From positions 248,869 to 312,868 of the forward strand of contig NMRA01000361.1 in the NCBI GenBank assembly GCA_002633005.1: 64,000 nt of DNA. Reading direction: 5' to 3'. The notes beneath the pieces are model-generated. The model had not been told where the DNA came from. It ran no database searches and saw only the letters and a list, made by a program, of their open reading frames with translations. The position numbers and the translations under genes are program-made. Below, one piece after another: positions 36,056 to 48,600 of the stretch. Source of the stretch: Phoronis australis (lineage: Eukaryota; Animalia; Phoronida). Position 1 is the stretch's first letter, and the number at the start of each line of letters is the position of its first letter.

Positions 36056-36543
36056 CAGGGCTTGGAATTTTCCGGGGAAACGCGGATTTCCGCTTTTTTC
36101 AAATGTTCTGTCCGCGCATTTTATTATATTTCCGCGTAAAAAAAATCTGATTTGATCTAAAATTTCTGCGGCAAATTCCTTTCTTACCGCGGCGTTGCAG
36201 ACGACGTTCCCTTCGAAAAGCGGAAGTTGCTCTTTATGTTTCGGAGGAACGTAAATTGTCAACATTGCCGGGGCATCTGGGATAGCGTGGTGGGATTTTC
36301 AATGGCGTCTCGTGTTATTGTAAACCGCGGCGACAAATACTACGGCTCTGCAGCCAAAAATGTGTGGGTTGGGAGTGGACCGACGAGCTAAAAGGACGCA
36401 GACGCATGCTACTGATGGTGGTAACGTTTTGTTGTTTTTTTTTCTTTTTTTTAGTCCTCCTGATTTTTGTCGGGCTGCGTAGCGCGCATCAGTTGGGCCT
36501 TAAAAGTTTCCGCGTTTTTTGTCATTGGTCATTCCAAGCCCTG
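36056..36543 (+). mobile_element. ~490-bp hAT-like MITE (TIR CAGGGCTTGGAAT), 6-bp TSD AGTGTT, just after the ZNHIT3 stop codon
   Basis: agtgtt|cagggcttggaat ... attccaagccctg|agtgtt; closely similar to 60390-60867. Confidence 0.9.
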
Positions 36544-37913
36544 AGTGTTGCTCTTTGGCGCCTGCAACTGGAGAGGAGTCTGGCGCGGTCACAAATGATG
36601 TTGGAATTAAAGAAGTACCACTGTATCTGTGCCATTCTTTGATTTGAAATGGGTGTAGAAAATCTGTGATAGTAGTGGTACCCATTTCTTGCGTCGAACT
36701 CGGTGAGTCAGCATGCTCTCTGTTTCAGCTCAAAAATCAGATGCACGATTGCTTACTTTTCATAATGTTTACAATTTTCTTTAATGTATAATAAAATAGG
36801 GGTAAGTTTTTGTGATGAACAGATTTTTCGACACTAAGGTAAAGATGGCCAGTGTTTCAGGTAAAGCCTGGTGCCTGTCCAACTGCTTGAAAAGGTGCTT
36901 GGGGACATTTTAGCCTCTGGTCAATTATTAGGGGCTTTTATAGTAACCTCGATACTTCTTTGGGAAGTGTCGGTCAGTATGAACGATAAACTTCAGTCTT
37001 GTTCTGAAGTTCCGATCACAACTTAACTTTGCAAGAAACGGGTGCATTAATAGCGGAGCTTCGGTGGATTATGAAAGGTTAAAGTTGCATTTTGTATGTT
37101 TAGTTGTCATGTAAAACGTAAGTCAAGCTATTAGCCAAAGAGCCAAAACCAGTAGCTGATCTGAAATGTACTCGCAGGCAGTGGTCATTTTCGTGTGACG
37201 TAACTGAGCTAGTTTTGAATGGAAGTCATTGTTCGCCATTTTCAGTCTTCAGGGTTGGCCAACCTAAATAAAATCAATGATTTTTCTGATACATCTCTTG
37301 ACCTGTTCAGCATTTGTATGTTTTTTGGTTACATAACACCAGTCTCGACTTTACGAAATTCAGCTTTAACTTTGTTGTTGTCGGACATATTGGCTCATGT
37401 TGCTGACTGTTTAAGCATGTGTTGTGGATTACGTTGCGTTCAAATATTCACAATTCTATGGCTACAGTAATTTCATTTCATTATAATTTCCTAAACATAC
37501 GTATATGTACAGTATTTCATATCTTAATGAATTTTTTACCTGCGTAATGTTTCTGCTGTGCCAGCTTTCTGTGTGCATCTACCTGTGATAACTTGGTTGT
37601 CCATTAAGTACCGCAGCCATTTCAAAGATTCATGTAACGTAGCAGTTTACATGGACGCTACTAATGTACCGTAGTTGATTTGGTTGAAAATGGCCTTTCA
37701 GCAGCCAAATTAATTTGCAATCTTGTTTACAGTTGGAGTTGTCTGTATAGACATTATCACTAGAAGAACCTTTTCAAAATATTTACCATTGGTGAAGATG
37801 TGATCGAGTCTGTCGTGTGGTTATAATAGGTTCTCATAATATCACATCCTACAGAATGGTTCATATGAGATGAGCTCGGCTCTCCTTGGTTACTTTTGGT
37901 GGGATTTGTGAAG

Positions 37914-38095
37914 CAAGGCTTGGAATTTTCTGCGGAAACGCGGATTTCCGCTTTTTTCTCTTGTTCCCTCCGCATTTTTGTTATATTTCTGCAGAAAAAA
38001 ATCGGATTTTGCTATAAAATTTCTGCGGCAAATTGGTTTCTAACTGCGGCGTTGCCAATGACTCGAAAAGCGGAAACTGCTAGTTACGTTCCAGG
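37914..38095 (+). mobile_element. 5' fragment of the same hAT-like MITE family
   Basis: caaggcttggaattttctgcggaaacgcggatttccgc... aligns to 36056 onward; no right TIR seen. Confidence 0.75.
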
Positions 38096-38233
38096 GCACC
38101 TTGCATGGCTTGCTGGTTCCCTGCGTGCCTCTAGGTAGTACGCAGTAGCACGCGCTTTATCACTGGTTGATGTAACCTCGACAGTCATTGGTTAGCTTTA
38201 CAACAAAGTGAGAAAATGGGGGATTATGAACGA

Positions 38234-39679
38234 TTTTTATGCGCCCACATATTTATATGTGGACGCATTATGCCGTCGTCTCCGGCCGTTTGTCCGGCAT
38301 TGCTGCTCTATCTCCAAAACCCTTTGACATACATTCATGAAATTTGGCACCTTTCACGGATGGGTGGCATGAGCGAACTTTCGGACGGATCTGACGACCG
38401 GTGTGCCCCCTAGGGACAATTTCATTTTTTATGTTTAACTCTATCTTCAAAGATCCTCTACGTATTTTCATAAAACTTGGCGTATATCCGTCTATTAGTC
38501 AGATGACGCTATCATCCCATTTTCGGATTGATTTGACGTAGTTTGAGCCACCTAGTGCCCATTTTTACTGTTTTGGAGTCTTTTGGTGTCCACCCCTCTA
38601 TCAACAAAACGGCTCTAAGGATGATTGTGAAAATTGGCATGTATGTTCTTACTATGAAGAGGACGGCTGATGATGATTTTCTGATGATTTCGTCTACTGT
38701 GGGACCTCCTAGTGGCAGTTTTTTTTGTTTGCTTCCATGGCTGTATCTCCTAAACCGTTTGCAGGATCTTTGCTAAATTTAGCAAGTGTATTTATATTAT
38801 GTTCACAACGAATGACAACAACTTTCTGACTACCAGTGTTCCCCTAGTGGCAATTTTAGTTTTTTAGGTTGATCTCTGTATCTTCAAAGGTCCCCAACAG
38901 ATTTTCAGAAAATTTGGAAAAAAGATGTCAGTTGGTGAGATCATGCTATCCTCGGATGGAATCGAGGTACTTTGCGACACCTAGTGGCCATTTTTCCTGT
39001 TTTCGAGTCTGTTTTTTGGCGTCCCCAGTCGATCAACCAAACCTTTCTAAGGATGATTTTGAAAATTGGCTTATATGTTCTCAGTGTGAAGAGAGCGGTT
39101 GACTATGACGAATTCGACTACTGTGGCACCTCCTAGTGGTAGTTTTGTTTTGTTTTGCGCCCATAGCTGCATCTCCTTAACACACTGCATGATCTTTATT
39201 AAATTTAGTAATTGTATTTTTAGGAAGCTAACACAGATGACGTCTTTCAGGCCCATCCATTGAACCCTGTGCCCCATAGTGGCCATTTCCTTTTTTCCGT
39301 TTTCCTTCGTTTCTCTGAAGTTTCTTGACTGATATTTATGAAATTTGGTAAATGGCTTTCTATTAAAGAAACGATGGTATTTTCCCGTTCTCAGTTGGAT
39401 TTGATGTTTTTGCGGCATCTAGTGGCTTTTTTATGAAACAAACAAAACAACCTTAGAAGCACACCGTTAGCGGTGCATTCGTAGGCAGTGGCGGATTTAG
39501 AGGGGGGCCAAGGGTCCATGGCACCCCTAAAATTCTCCCAGATTCCATTAGGCAGTTCGGAGGTGCGAAAATCTGACGGGCAAAAGCGTGGCTACTATGT
39601 TGCCCTGGCCCCCCTCCCAACTCAAAATCCTAGATCCGCCCCTGGTAGGCGCATTTCAACGCTCCGCGTTGCGCTTGTT
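38234..39679 (+). mobile_element. Helentron/HINE (DINE-1/pearl-like) non-autonomous element with an internal array of eight ~135-157-bp units
   Basis: T-rich start; 5' subterminal repeat with inverted partner (atgcgcccacata..tatgtggacgcat); short ccgtc-type microsatellite; tandem units centred on cctagtggc; 3' subTIR gtaggcgcat plus hairpin caacgc-tcc-gcgttg, ending in cttgtt. Confidence 0.7.
39486..39644 (+). mobile_element. MITE family A copy nested in the Helentron-like element, 5-bp TSD GTAGG
   Basis: gtagg|cagtggcggat...gatccgcccctg|gtagg. Confidence 0.85.
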
Positions 39680-40058
39680 ATCCTTATCACGCAAGTAGCG
39701 TAGCAGCAACTATTTCGTTTCTGCAGTAGACTAATGTTTAATAGCCGCGTGCTTGAGGCACATACATGTATAATAAACACGCCGTCATCTGGCCGATTTA
39801 ACTAGTGTGTTATTCATACTGTATGAATACAGGACAGCAACGTAAACAAAAGTCAACGGCAGTAGAAAGATGCACTCCGAAAAGGCGCAACCACGATTTT
39901 CTGGGATTTACACTTCTTGAACATGAATTTTAAGGCTCCGATTTGTCTGTACTTCAGACCACGTTTACACTTCCATCAGTCATGCCGCTGTCTGTTGAGA
40001 ATTCGAACAGCCAATCAAAAACGCCGATGTAAACAAAATTCCTGAGGAAAATTAAGCG

Positions 40059-40151
40059 ATGCCTGCGTGCTGGCTACCACCTGTCGGCACGCAGGGAAAC
40101 AGCGAGCTGGGATGGGAGCTGAACAACTTGAAAGTCAACGAGCCCATCCAG
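40059..40151 (+). other. Candidate alternative first coding exon (31 codons, phase 0), possibly of AKTIP
   Basis: ATG...CAG|gtatgc encodes MPACWLPPVGTQGNSELGWELNNLKVNEPIQ. It is preceded by a CCAAT box (~40011) and GTAAACA/GTTTACA motifs. The phase matches the AKTIP acceptor at 46053. Confidence 0.3.
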
Positions 40152-43100
40152 GTATGCAACAGTTACATCTGTTGTCGAAAATCATGATTCTATTTTTGGA
40201 GTGCGGGGATTCCTAGACACTCTTTTACATAGGAATGGAATTCTTACTGCTTACTAAGGCCATGGGCTCAGAATTTCAGAAATGCTCAATCAGTCACCTT
40301 ACAACTCCAAGCTTCTGAAAACAGGTCTGCCGGTAATAGAAGTCGGGATTTCTTGTCTTGACAAGAGTATAAATTCGGAATTTTCAGCGCTGCTGAATTT
40401 AAATTTCTCAGTTCTTCTAACTTTCAAAAATAGAAACCTCCCAGTTCTGTAATACTTTCATGTGGAGAATTTCTCGCTTACACTGGTCACCGCTCAGATT
40501 CCCTTAACCCCAGCCAACTTCTAGGATGCCTATTCAGCACGCCCTTTGCATTGATGTAGATCTGAGCTAATGAAGTGGAAAGGTAATTGCTAGCATTACT
40601 GCCTCAACAATGGTTGCTCTTAGTACCCCCAATTTGGTTTCCTCTGACATTTGCAGAGTTACAGCCTGCAACTCTGGAGAGTAGTTTTAACTTGGTACAT
40701 TATAAATATTACAAAATGACTAAAAAGGTTAACTTGTGTTTATCTTCACAAAGGGCCACTTCCCAAAGGAACGGTATGTTTCATATTGGTTTTCGTTATT
40801 AAATTTTTAATGCTTCTGCCCACTTGTTTTTTTTCACCGGGAACGGGTTGATAACTTTTTATCTAAGTTTTATACCTAAAGTAGCAAAACCGTGATAGAT
40901 TTTAATCGCCAGCAAAACTTAGTTAAGTTCATTGTGAGTCCATCCCTAAACTTTCCACATTACAGGTACACTTAATATTTCGCGTGTCATTAAAGTTTAA
41001 TTTTTATTAGAAAGCAATCATAAAATATATACAAAAGTAATCACACGTCTCTCTTGTCACAATAGCAGTGGCTTTCTGGTTCCAATAGCGATATTCAGTT
41101 GAATCTCATTGGCGGGAAATACAAAAATCACGTGACAAGTCGAAGCTTCGCGCATTCTCTCCCCGTTGTTCTATTAGATGCACTCAGTGGGCAGTGCCGA
41201 CAAACTCAGTTACGCCACGCCCACCATAGTTACCTCTTGCGCAGTCCCACTGAGCGCAAACCAAAAATGGAATTCGGTCCCCAGCATACAAACTACGTGA
41301 ATAGGTTCTTTTAAATGGAGTTCCTCATGTGGCGCCAAAGCATCACAAAGGCCTTAGGAGGAAGAGGGAAAGCTGTAATTAATTGAGCTCATTCACAGAT
41401 GACTTACAAATTCACATGAACTTTGAGCGTTATTCGTGTGTCAGATCGCTTCTGGGTCCCGCAGTTATTCACATAGCACAAATAGCCTACAACTGTATGA
41501 GGCGGGTTGAGAGGGTAGTAGTAGCTAAGAGGAAAAACGTTGGGCAAGGAAAGAAAATGATGGGCAAAGAAATTCATTCATATTGTGGAGCATTTCGGAT
41601 ATGAAAAAAGTGTTTCATGAGGATTCACTGACGGTGATAAATTTGCCTTGTACGCTTTAACTGTGGGTTGCGGTCAATCTAGTATCGCCGACTCAGATCT
41701 TGAAAAATGCGGGTTCATACATCCTTGTGATTTTTTTCAAAATGTTTTATTTTAGATTATTCGGGCCAATATTTTTAAAGAGCATAAGCAAAATTTTGGC
41801 CCAAAATAGCCCATTTTGGTGCACATAGGTAAAGTAAGTAAAGCCGTTTTAAAACGGTGCAATTGAAAGGTAGAGATAAAATGTTTACATTTTTTTTTGT
41901 AAAAATTGAACCTTTCTATCAAAAGACAGTCTTTTCACTTTTAAAGAGGTTTCCCACCTGAATTTGAGCGCAAAATGTAGTAAATTCTGTCCGTTTTTGT
42001 GTGTAACCATTTATTAAGTGCTTTGGGGGCCAATTTGTGGTATGCTGGTGATTTCAAATAATATTTTCTTGTCAGTTTTCTGTATCACCAAGAAACTAAA
42101 AAAATAAATATTGGGCTTTTTGTTTGTTTCCAACTAGCCCGGATTATGGAAGGAACGTACCATCTCTTTCTTGATTACGGGCATTCGGCAGTTGTAACTT
42201 GTGAACCTCATCAAGGTGCTTCATTATTTTTTTGCAAATATATTTCTGTGACTGTGACAATGGTGGGCATCTATAGTGTGCTGTGTGGACTTTCTGTAGC
42301 CTGCCCAAGTAAAAATTAGAAAGTAACTCCATGTTTTCAGACGCAAAATAGGGTCTGACTGTATTCTGGAGATTCCTCATGAAGTCTTCAGCGATCAATC
42401 ATTATAAATATAGACGAAAATTTTACCACTGTGAATTTTTTAGACGTACGTCGATAGATCGTTGTCTGAGGGGTGTTCACGACGGCGGTGCAACATTCGT
42501 GGTTTCAAGCCAAATGAACGAGACAAGAAAATGTTATTGTTTTTTGAACCGTGAAAAACACGAAAAACCACTGTAGACGTCAAAAATGCGAACAGAGAAA
42601 GGAATATTTGAAGAAAAATTGAAAGAACTTATAAATTATTCAGATTCCGCGAGTTTGATGACGTCTTAGCCCGCTCGGTTCGGCCCTTGCTCACGAGACC
42701 ACCAAGTAAACCTTCATGCAAAACTACAGTGCATTAAGCCGTAAAAGTTGGTTGATAACTTTCTAGAGACACGTAGAAGAGTAAAGATTTTGTTGTAGCT
42801 GCTAGGTATATGTCAAGTGAAATTAATTATTTTTCATTGACGTCAAGAATTTCGTCTGGTCCTCCTGGTAGCCAAACCGTGTCTTTTATTTGATGGCGTC
42901 ACAGGGCACTCCGTCCGGCGTGACGTCATAAAAGAAATGCATCCACACATTTATCTTTTAACCGAGTTTTTGCGGGTGCCAATTTGATATCTTGTACAAG
43001 TACGCCAATTAGTGCTAGCATACAGCAGAGGTAGAAAGAAACAAAACGGTAGACAATCATCCATAGACAAACTAGTTATTGGTTGAGTATGCTGTACTTG

Positions 43101-45633
43101 AAACTTAGGGGTACATTCCCACTTTTAGTAGAGTTTAGAGATGCATTCATTCAAAATCCCATTTACGCTGCTGAATGATCCGTAAAGGATCTGGAGCCAG
43201 GATCTAATCTTTTTACTGGAAAATGAAATTGTTTTTAACTTTTTCTGTTTTATTTTTGTGTAAACTCGAGATATAATTTCTGTTTTTCCCGGTGCTCCAG
43301 TCTGTTAGGGTTAGTTATGTCTAGTCTAAATTCGCACTTGATAAACACAAAATTTAAGCTACAAACTGTAGATTTCTAGTATAAAATGGAAATTTCGAGT
43401 TGAGACTGGGGTCATCAAGTGCAATCCAGGGTTTGACAGCCATTCACATAAGTCGCATTTATCTTGCCAGTTTCAGTTGGACACTGACTGCTAGGCAGAC
43501 TGAAATGTGAAAAATAATTTTGAATTAGATTTCAAACATGAATATTAAACCCCGGGCGCTGGTCGTGCATAGTCAATATTTCCACAAATATTCTGCTCAT
43601 GCACATTGTAGCTGAATTCACCAAACTAACGGTTTGGTGAATTAATTAAAGTACAATTTTGTTGTCTCCGATTGCCAAAAAGTACTGCTACTCTTTAGCG
43701 CCATCTATTAGATTTTTGTGAAATTGCTGTTTTCGTGCTGCCATCTATTGATGCAGCTTGTAACTAGAATTGCGTGAATCGATTTGGAGAACTTGTCAAA
43801 TAGTCAAGAAGTTATATCTGAAATTCACCCGTATATTCAGGAGTTATTCAATATTTCAATCTGCTAGCAGCTTTATCTCACCATGTGTGACATGTAGTTA
43901 CTATTAGGTAAGACTCTGTCTTATGTTTGGACCCTTTTCCACGAAGATAGGAACTGAGTGAATGTGTTGCTGTGTGTTGGCCAGTTTTCACTTTCACTGG
44001 CTTCAGTCGGGTTTTCAATTTAATTTCCCTGCCTCTGGATTTAATGAGAATCTTGGTTTTCGTTGACGTAGGATAAACCCTATTTTTATATTTTGAATGA
44101 CGGGGGTTAGTACTGCCAGTAAGTGTGACTCGGTCTGGGGATCTGACTGAAGATGTTTAAAATGTCAAAACCCAGTTCGACAAAACATGGCCGTCCGCAG
44201 TGAATTTGTTGAATATGCAATGGTGGGCGTTTAGGTGAATGTGAAGGTAAACTGAACTCGTACGGTAAAGTACACGTTATACATTTTTCCTCTGTCTGAA
44301 TGTAAATATGGCTGAACTAAATGTGACAATGATTTGATGTGTTGTTTTATTTAAAACGACACTCTAATCATATGTGCATTGTATTATAATCAGCCCCTCG
44401 ACAAAAAGCTATAGCATCAAGGCTAAGGGCTGATTAAAGATGCCTGGGGTCTGATTGAATTAAGTAACCAAACGAGATCTGTCTGTAGGCCTATTGCAGC
44501 GTAGGCACGTAACTGGTCTGTACCCTAAATAAGTATTACAGACTGGTGTAAAATTTTACCACTGATGCCTGCACCCGGCAAACTAATTTTGCGTACTTCA
44601 ATTTGGTGTGGGTTGGTGAGACAAACTGATGCCTGCGCCAGTCTGAAAGTACTGTTAGCTCCCAAATTTCTGCCAGTTGTTCATAGGTTTTTTAACGGTT
44701 ATCACAACGGAAATTGATTACATTGAGTGTGGAGTGGTGAGCAACACTCCCCCCATGTGATTAATCCATATGACCTGCATATGTGAGCACTCATTGTCAT
44801 CAATTTTGGTTCTGATAAGCGTTAAAAATTCCATAAGTCACTTCCAGTAATTTGGGAACTTAGTCTGGCTTCAGTTTGGCGCAGGTATCAGTTTGGCTCA
44901 CCAATCCACACCAAAACGAGGTGTAGCAAATCACTTTAGCACAGGCATCAGACCTAGGCTTTGTGTGAATTTAAACCAAATTTCCCTGGCTTCAAAAATA
45001 AGGTAGTAACTCTTGGTTAATCTTTCTTTGGAGTGACCCTATGAGTAAGATTGAGACACAGTTTACGAAAAAGTCTGTATAGCGTATGGCTTTAGATTTA
45101 AAACTACTGTGTGTAAAATTCAAAATATCTGCATTTAAAAATGCTCTGTTAAGTAATAAGTGAAAGTTGAAATTGTTTATGCCTTAGGGAATGCCACACC
45201 ACTTAATCCAACATATGACCATTGAGCCTGGCAAAAGTGATTCTGGTCATGAAATATCAAAGGGAAATTGTTAAGGTTATTTATCACATGCACTCCTTCT
45301 TGTGTTGTTCAAACATTTTCTTTGACATCCTTGCAAATTCTCTAGAGCAAGTTTAGAATGTGGCAAGTGACGTCTAAACACAAAGATCAAAGGAATCACG
45401 TTCGGGAAATCCCTAAAATGACATGGAATGTTTCCTTGAAGGCTTGAGAACAGCAGAATTTTTATATAGGAAAATGACGTTCTTAATTAGCTTACCCACC
45501 AGGCAGAATCACTGAACAGTGTTGTGTCAAATCCTAACGCATCAATGTACTCATCATGGTTTGCACTTAAGTCTTTGTCTTATTATTGATTTAATTTGAT
45601 TTGATTTAGCCTTGAAGATGTGGTAGAGTACCA

Positions 45634-48600
45634 ATGACTGGTTCAACGCGAGACGACAAAAATATGGAGTCGCCACCAAATCAGGTTTTTTAAGTTGTTT
45701 TTCTTGTATTTTATCTTTTGTCCAACTGGCAGTATGCTAGAAAAAAGTCATGTGGTCTTGTATGCGAGTTAGTGTACAAGAATAATGTGTCAAACACCAG
45801 GAATATTGCACGTGAGGTGGATAATGGGTTGTGTAACTTAAATGGCTTTGCACGCAGTCGTCATCTTTATTCGCTAAGCTTTCAGTTCATAGAATGTTGT
45901 ACAAGCTTTGTGTCAACTTCATCGTCAGTCAGTCATAACTTAGTTTATCTTTAGTTTTACTGACATTGACTGAGACTTTCTACAGAAAACATCTTTTGTC
46001 TATTAGCATAAATATGCCGTTGCCTTCTAGTTATTTCACATTCTTGTTTCAGAGTACAAGTGGTGATTCTAAAGGTCGGCCGGGGTCACGGGTTCTACCT
46101 CGGGCAACTGACACGCCCACTTCTGGGCGGTCACTTGACAGACAGAATAGTACACCCAAGGGAGTCATGAATTACGGACCATTCTTTTTGGAATACTCAT
46201 TGTTAGCGGAATAGTAAGTATTAAGTGTTCTGTGAATGGCCACATTCCATCATAAGGTGAACTCTGTGCTGTTTAACCGCAGTAATTCTGCTCACCTGCC
46301 TAGCAGCGCATGATGCTCCAGCTTATTATCATAGTTGTGCCATCACTACCAAGTTTTGCAGTGCACAGTCTGTTGCAATGCTGGTAACATACTTTTACCT
46401 TGGGAGTAAATGAGGCTAAGTGTTGACTCATGCAAATCATTGTTATCCAAAATCATCCACTATGAGGGTAGTTACCAAGGCATTTATTTGACTTCAGTTA
46501 TTAAGTGTTATTTTACTCTATTGTAGTAGCCAGGCTATGTGGAATTTGACTTCTGGAATTGTTCAGCGAGTTGCTACTATATTTGAGTAACAACTTTGTA
46601 AATTAAAGTAATTTAATTGTGCACCGTGTTCCTATTAGGTTTAGTAACGATTTAGTCGCCAAGTTATAGTCATAGTACTGTTATACTCATAGCACAAGTC
46701 TTAGCTATCATAATAGTGCAAGTCATAGTTATAGTCATAGTACAAATTATGGCTATAGTCATAGTTCATGTCATAGTACAAGTCATAACGCTACATTTCA
46801 GTAACCAGCTACAAAAGCAGCAGTTACCAGGTGTCTATGTCATGCCATCAGCCAACTCAGTATTATGTAAGTATTAATTCGAAGAAGTGTTAAAAACCAG
46901 CAGTTTCATGATTTCGGCATGTTGCTATACTGTTAAAATCCCTATATAATTATAGCTCATAATTTCAAACAAAGCGTACTACAACAAACAAATAATGATA
47001 TATTTTGTGATTTCTGATGGAGAAATTGTCAATGATTTGTACCTTCGAGTGACAATAATACCAGCGTATTCAGTGTTTTCTGCAATTTTCTATCATGTAA
47101 GTATTAACTATGTTTTGGGCCATTTGCTAATGGTTGGATATAACATGCCCGAATTTTGAGAACCAGTTTTCTCCACTGAATAACAGGCATCAAACTGGTT
47201 CTCAAAATACGGACACATTATATCCAACTGATGCCACCTATTCAGTATGTTGTATCAATAATGATATCAGCCATTTCAGCATGGCAATAGTCTGATATAA
47301 CGTATCTGCATTATAATCTTGAGAACAAGTTTGATGCCCGTTATTCAGTGCAGAAAACTGGTTCTCAAAATTCAGGCACGTTATATCTGACCATTACCTT
47401 TGAGTATTTACCATGCTTTGCTCTCCTGGGATCAACATGATCCATTCTGGTAAAAAAATCATAATTAACATCATGGAATTCTTTGAGAACTGTTCAAATC
47501 GATGAAATAATCATTTATTGATGAGACTCACTTAATGTTCTTAATTTGTAAAAACGAAGAGGCCTTGGACCCGTTCCAAGAAACCTGACTTAGCTCAGAC
47601 AAATCTTAAATTTGAGTCAAATTTAAGTTAAAATTTCAATTTGCTCTTAAAGTCCGTTCCAAGAAAGTGGTCTTAGGTTTGACTTAAGTTTTGACTTGAG
47701 CTTGGAATGACTAACTTACCAGATGACTTTGTAGAAGTTTCAAAGTTTGGAAGTTGAGACAAATCTAATACTTATATGTAAAAGATGAACTTAAGTCCGT
47801 TTCTTGGAAACGGACCCTTATGTTTAAAGCCTGGGTGTATTACACGTGTGTGTGGTTTGATTATGGCTATATAAACCTGGGATATTATTTCTTTCAGTAT
47901 GGCATGGAGTGTTGTTTCTTCGACAAGGCCTGTACCAAGAGGGTATCTTTCGCTTCTCACTCTTGATTCCTGACAATTACCCAGAGGGAGACTGCCCTGT
48001 GCGTACCCAGTGATAAGTTCATCATTATCATTTTGGAAGTTTTATTACGAAATTGTCATTCCGAGGGAGACAGTTGCGTTCGTGTTGAGTTTAAAAATTT
48101 GTTATTGCCAAAACTGCAATGTTCATGGCTCACCGAGTACTCTCTGCTTACTATAATCATAATTTTCACTTGTCAGAAAAAATTAACCCTAAAATGACTT
48201 TGGATTGATAAAGATACCCTAAAATTCCTTCGGAGTCATGAAGATAATTTAGCATTTAGGAAATTACTGGCATGTGGTACATGTTAGTTTTGCCCATTTA
48301 TTTCTCGTTACGTCCATTACAGTCATCCGTAGAATGTAAGACTTTTTTATTGTTGTCTACTTCAGCGTTTAGTATTCGATCCACCAGTCTTTCATCCCCT
48401 TGTTGACCCTGATTCTGGAGAACTCGATGTGAAGCGAGCCTTTACAAAGTGGAGGTGCGTAGTGTGTGTTGATGAAATTCATTTGTACCCACCAGTCTGC
48501 TTCATTATAGTATAGGGCAGGATTGGCATTGCTATGATCTCACATTTATTTGCTGTCTCACACATTTGGACTTGAACAGAAATCAGTTTGTAAGCAATCC

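Noticed and set aside
35987-36685. ORFs in 35987-36685, 37760-38138 and 60307-60961 that resemble each other
   Set aside because: Chance frames within copies of the same non-coding MITE; no transposase motifs, and frames are not conserved between copies.
38216-39703. Several 65-115 aa ORFs in the Helentron-like element
   Set aside because: They lie in tandem non-coding units and show no Rep/helicase motifs.
40200-43600. Gene or autonomous transposon in the ZNHIT3-AKTIP interval
   Set aside because: Only short ORFs without motifs; the region looks repeat-derived, but I could not define termini.
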